From the NCBI GenBank assembly GCA_016748015.1, contig JAAOMT010000426.1, positions 1-27,051 on the forward strand: a stretch of DNA of 27,051 nt, given 5' to 3'. Made by a program: the position numbers and the translations under genes. The notes under the pieces are model-generated. The model saw only the letters and a list, made by a program, of their open reading frames with translations, searched no databases and was not told the origin of the DNA. Positions within the stretch are counted from its first letter, which is position 1, and each line of letters opens with the position of its first letter. Of this stretch, positions 21,716-27,051 are shown piece after piece. This DNA comes from Geosiphon pyriformis uo1 (taxonomy: Eukaryota > Fungi > Glomeromycota).

Positions 21716-23592
21716 AAAGGAATGAATCACTGAATTATTAATCTTTAAAACAAATTTGTCAGAAAAGAAAAAATTAAAAAATATGTACGTTTACCTGTTT
21801 TAAATTGCCATATATTTCTATTAATTCCTTTAATGGCTTCATTATATTGTACATCATTCACAAAATTATTATTGACGACAATAAAATAATCTTTATCCGG
21901 TTGATTAAATGTGCTTCCAAAAACATCCACTCTAATAGTTTTATTATCCACATGACAATATTGTGACTTTGCAGAGATACTTTGCCTCAGAATTGGTTCA
22001 GTTTCATTGTTTTGATAAATAGAAATATTATTATTTGAAAGTGCAATTTCCACGGAATAATTAATCGTTATATCTCGCGCCCCAAATGGAATCGTTTCGT
22101 TAAGACGAGGGTTGGTAGTATTGATAAAAGGATTTTCATATCTAGTGTCTGTTCAAATAATAAAAAAATTAATGAAAATCATGAAAATCTACTTCATTCA
22201 CTAACCTTTTTTTAAAAAGGATGGTAAATTTTTAGTATAGACGGTAACTTTGTTCATGTTTAATGTAGCAGCCCAGAAAGTATTGTTTGATAAGACAGTG
22301 TAGGAATTATACAGATGCGAGATATTCCATGAATCATTTCTAACTCCATTTTGATCATTTAATTCGAATACGGCATCATTCGAGTTGTAAGTGTAATTTA
22401 ATAATCCACCATAAGTCAGTTGGATTGTAGTAGTATGATCATCATAAATTGTCCTGTTGTTATCTAATACTGCTACACTTCACTTTGGTGGAGTAGAAAA
22501 TGAGGACCAAAATCAGCTGTTTCTGGCTCCCAAAATGTAACGTATACTGAGTATGTCGTTATGTTTGTATTGAGACTAAATGTAGATTTTGAGATGTATG
22601 CTAATCCGAAGCCTCGATCGATTATGGCAAAAGGTGAATAATACCGAAAATTCTGTTTTAATTTAAGCATTTTAGGATCAGATATTGGTTTGATGTTTTC
22701 GTTGGAATAGGTTCTAAATGTAAATTGAATGCGTAAGGTTATTTCTTTGAAATTCAAATTCAAATATATTATATATAATGTATATTAACTTACGGAGCAT
22801 TAAAAACAGTCCATTCTATCTCTAAACTGTTCGAATTAGGATTAAAAACGTAACAAATCTCAAGAAAATTTTTATCTTTTTGGATATTTCTTATTAAATC
22901 ACAACCTAAAAAATTGGTATTTTTATATAGATTTATATCACTGTATAAAGTGTTATGTATTATCAATATAGTTATTTAGAGAAGCTGTGCCATCAGGTGT
23001 AAACTTGAGAAAGGATTTATAGTATGTATCATTATCTAGGCATAAAACTGAAAGCATAATTGTTCTATCTTGTTGGACCAATACATGATTATGATTATGA
23101 TCAATAAAGGAACAATCTTTCTCAGAATCAATTTTATAGACCGTTTGATTCATTTTTGACGAGATAGAACTCTTTGTAATTGAAATAAAATAAGCTAAAA
23201 ACATTCAAATAATCAAAAGTTAATGATTAAAAAAAATATTTAAGAAAAACTGCTTCATTTTCATCTTAAAAAAAAATTGTTATTTTTCTTTGTAAAATAA
23301 TTTTTTGGATTTGTTTTCTGTTCTCTCAAAGTTTTTTAATCTTTTAAATACTTTAATCATCGAAAAGTTTAAAATTTAAACATAGCTAAAATGACATTCA
23401 TATCATGTTATGTATTTTTGTAAATATTTATTATTTGAATCCCTATGAAAGATCGATCTCAAGTCTAATAATCTAACTACCTTTCCTATTACCTTTCATA
23501 TTCCCTTTTATTATCCCTTTTTTGAAGTTAATCAAGGCAAGAGTTAAAATTTATAAAAATTAGCCTATTTAAGTGAATTGAATCAATCACCG

Positions 23593-23620
23593 ATCCATCC
23601 ATCCATCCATCCATCCATCC
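23593..23620. repeat. (ATCC)7 microsatellite
   Basis: Direct tandem repeat. Confidence 0.9.
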
Positions 23621-26187
23621 AAAAATGTGAACACAACTTCTTGGGTTTTTTTTAATAATTGGGCGGGATTCCTTTTTATAAAGATTTAAGGCCTACATCT
23701 AATTTATCGAAAAATATAACCATTCAAAACTTTCGTGGCGTGGGGTGATGCAAAAATACTAAAATATGAATAGATTACAATTATTAATGAACTAATCAAA
23801 TAATTATCTATGGTTTAGGTAATAATAATGAAATAAAAAACAATTAATTTTAAATATAAATACAAACATGAAATTTTTAAAATTAATTTATCAAAAAGTT
23901 GTGAAAATAAAATCTCTAAACTATATCTACACTATCAGCTATCCGACTTCCTCTTTTTTGTGATTATTTTTAGTCCCTTTATGTTATTTTTACTTTTTAC
24001 TTTTTTTTATCTTTCTTAATTTATTTCATCATTATTCTTTATTTAAATCTCGAAATTAGATTCTTAATTATTTTTTTGATCGCTTAATAAATCCACAAGA
24101 AGTGACATATACCACAGATATTTTCCTAATTCTTTTGTATTTTTTGCTAGAAAATTTATTTTTTTATTTCATATCTGTTGTTGTTGCTATTGAAACTAGA
24201 TTAAAAATGTAATTTTCAACGAAAAATATTTGTTTATCTCGAAAATTAATTAATTAAATCTTTTTTTGATTAAAATCTTCTATTTTCTAAATGAAATTAA
24301 ATCACTTTCATTTTATTTCCTTCTATAAACAATTAGATGATGATTTAAAATTCTAAACCAACTTGAAAAAGCAATCTCAACGAAAACAATAAAGAGTTTC
24401 ATTTCTAATTTTGATTTAGTCTAAAAAAAAAATTCTTTGTTCCTCTATTTGCATGCCTGAAATCTTAATTACTAAGAGTTTTCCACCATCAACCAACCAA
24501 CCAACCAACAAACAAACGGAACAAATTGAGTATTCAAAAAAACTTGGAGCTTGGAAAGATTTATGAAATAACAGCGGTCCGGATAATCATTGCCTACACA
24601 GATCTGTTATTAATACATGTAAAAACTAGTTTCGGATATATATTTATATAAGATTTTATCATTGGTTACACTCACTTTTATCATAAGTTGTTTAAAAATT
24701 ACAGATAGTAATTTTATCAGATAGGTAGAAGTAAATCTTAAAGTCTGTATTCACAACTCATTTTATTTCCTTTGACAAAAACCAATAACATCACATGCAA
24801 TGATCTTACCATCTTATATGCATCGACTAAGTCGTTGACTTCTTCAAAGCAAGAAAAAAAAGGGCAAAGAGCATCAGTACAAACTTAAAATAAGATGATT
24901 ATAGTTGGAACCAGCATAATTGTCTTATATGGTAAATCCCAAGTTTTTGATTTAATTCTATAATTTGTAATTTTTCTAATATCAATCAGCTAAATTTTTT
25001 TTAAATCACTAATTCTAAAATTCTTTTCCAATTTTTTTATTGAAGAATAATCTACAAACCCAACTCTATTCGTACTTTACCCAAAAAAACCAAAACTAAT
25101 ATGACCCCTATTACAACTTCTTTCTTGAAATGAGAACAAAAACAAACAAAGGAATACCAAAAGTCATCATACAAGACAGCACCAAAATTACAACTTAATT
25201 TGAATATGTTTAGTTTTGAGATAATTATTCTGACCTAAAAAAGTGGTCCCATAAAAAAAAAGTGCATAATTAAGAATTGGGTTTTACTAAAAAAAAATCA
25301 TTTGTTTGATCATCTTAACTAAAAAATTATTAAAAAGAACCAATTCTTATCCTCTTTGGAGCAGTCAAAAATGGCACTGGCTTGGATATATTTAAATATA
25401 TATTGAGAAAAATCTTTATCACCGACATTATTATGTGGTAGTTTAAAATGATAATTGAACACAAACTAAGCAACAATTAGAGAAAGAAAGAAAGAAAAAA
25501 ATTCAAGTAGAATGCCTCCTATTTGATTAATTCCAACAATCTTGGCAACAGCAAAAATAACGATAATGCTATGATGGGTGTTAAAACAAAAAGATCAAGA
25601 AAGATAACATAATCTTATAATCACAATTACTTGTTCACTTTGTCTGGTTTTGTTGCAGCACGCCTCATATACAGCATAAAACTAAAGATTTGAGATGGCT
25701 TATAAGTTAGCAAAGCTAAATGACACATATACTCTAAAGAAAAATAAAATGCTAATTTTTAATTAAAACTCGAAATATCAAGAGAGTAGTCAGCTGACTG
25801 GATAAATAATTTTAAAATGCCATTCTTCCTAGTTCTTAATGAAGACCCTTTTCAAAGTCGAAATCAAAAAAAAAAACGATTCAGTCAGCAAGTTAAAGAA
25901 GATTATCAAGTAGAGAGTGTCATTTTTAGATCATATTTTTGCGAACGTACTTGTGCTTTAAAGATTAATATTTTTACCAGCAAGGAAAGAGATGAGCTGA
26001 AAATCCTGTAAGAAAAGCCTTATGCTAAAATTTGCAATAGAGAAAGACTGAGTTCATGAGCTAAATTTATTATTATCTGCTTCTATTTGATAAGGAATTC
26101 ATTTAACTCTTTAGCAGCTTTTGACAAACGAAAGGGAAAAGAAAAAGAAAAAGAAAAAGAGAGCAGATATATTGAACGAAAGTTTGG

Positions 26188-26232
26188 TTCTATTAACGAC
26201 TTTATTTTCTATTAACGACTTTATCTTCTATT
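26188..26232. repeat. 19-bp tandem duplication (TTCTATTAACGACTTTAT[T/C]), about 2.3 copies
   Basis: Direct tandem repeat. Confidence 0.8.
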
Positions 26233-27051
26233 GTAATCTAAAAAAAATCAATTTCTTGTGGCAAATATTCAAATCAATAAAAAATGCTAGATAAGCCTGG
26301 AATAAAAGTTTATCATAACAAAGAATAAATATATACTAATTTTGTTTGTAAATTAGAATTTTGAAAACTTCTTTGAGATAAAAGATATAGTGTGATAGGT
26401 GATTGGAGAAAAATATTTTCAAAAAAAGGTTAATAATTATATTATCTATTACTTTATTTTGTTAAAATGAGATATTACAAAAAAACAAATAAGCTCAATT
26501 TATAAGATTTTTATTTTGTGCATCTTAAAAAAAATTGTAAAATATCCCATAAAACTTTGTTATATCCTTCTTGAAAATCAATAAAATGGGCTCTTTTAAT
26601 AATCAAATACGATTCAAGGTCGATTTCTGGGAAAATTTAATATTATTACTGTAATTTTTATGGCATCAGGTTTTTATTTTTTGATGCATGAAAACCACAG
26701 CAATTTCTGGATAGCCTCTAAAGTAATTCAAAAGTATAGAAAACCAGATATAAACTACACCTTTCCTACAATGATTAAATGGATAAATCAAATTGATATT
26801 TCACTAAAAATCAATCAAATCAAAAAACGCTTACAGTCACAACTCAAGAGCCAAATTTTAACTGATGATGAAGAGTTAAAGGTTTCCTCGGTTATTGCAT
26901 TCATGATAAATGCCATTGACTGCCTCGGTCTAAATAATATTGGCTCAAGAGTACCTCGTTTACAAATTAAAGGTTTTTGATTTCCGAAAAAAATTAGTCT
27001 TTATTAAAAGTTTCCTTAAAGAAATTAATATATCTTTCAAATACTATTAAT

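Larger units (their letters stand above)
20189..23264 (-). pseudogene. Pseudogene of a large-ectodomain multi-pass membrane protein (Ig-like domain plus C-terminal TM module with an IF(W)G..FIEDIPQ motif)
   Basis: Phase-compatible GT-AG exons: 22940-22794, 22713-22206, 22148-21795, 21656-21633 (24-nt microexon), 21547-21206, 21128-21028, 20946-20837, 20755-20461 and 20339-20189, plus a first exon at 23264 to about 22956. Lesions: in-frame TAA 23222-23220 and TGA 23207-23205 in the hydrophobic leader; exon 1 runs into TAA 22955-22953 with no good donor; a frameshift at about 22480; TAG 20514-20512 in place of Trp; and a probable +1 T near 20270. Confidence 0.85.

Noticed and set aside
26660-26980. 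106-aa plus-strand ORF
   Set aside because: No recognisable domain. The minus strand has an intron-like GTAAGC..TAG segment inside it, so it may shadow a broken gene running off the window. Neither model could be supported.
1-27051. CRISPR arrays, rRNA, prokaryotic operons or defence islands
   Set aside because: No regularly spaced repeat-spacer pattern and no rRNA-like sequence; the recognisable genes have spliceosomal introns.

Overview
AT-rich eukaryotic genomic DNA with short GT-AG introns. The gene families point to an early-diverging fungus, most likely Glomeromycotina; this is an inference. By hand I could splice three recognisable intact genes: a compact REX4/ISG20-type DEDDh 3'-5' exonuclease (-), a YPQ1/PQLC2-type PQ-loop vacuolar amino-acid transporter (-) and a KCTD-type BTB/POZ protein (+). 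There are also two probable hypothetical genes and a multi-exon pseudogene of a large-ectodomain, Ig-like, multi-pass membrane protein with an EDIPQ motif (-). The extremely AT-rich block at about 3.15-6.05 kb has no ORFs in the supplied track but is not random. It is a transposon graveyard holding a near full-length pogo/Tigger transposase relic (one TIR, TA target site) and probable Ty3/gypsy pol fragments. These are riddled with C>T/G>A transitions in CpA, CpC and CpT as well as CpG contexts, while the flanking genes are untouched. That RIP-like signature is the most notable observation. No rRNA, tRNA or CRISPR array is supportable.
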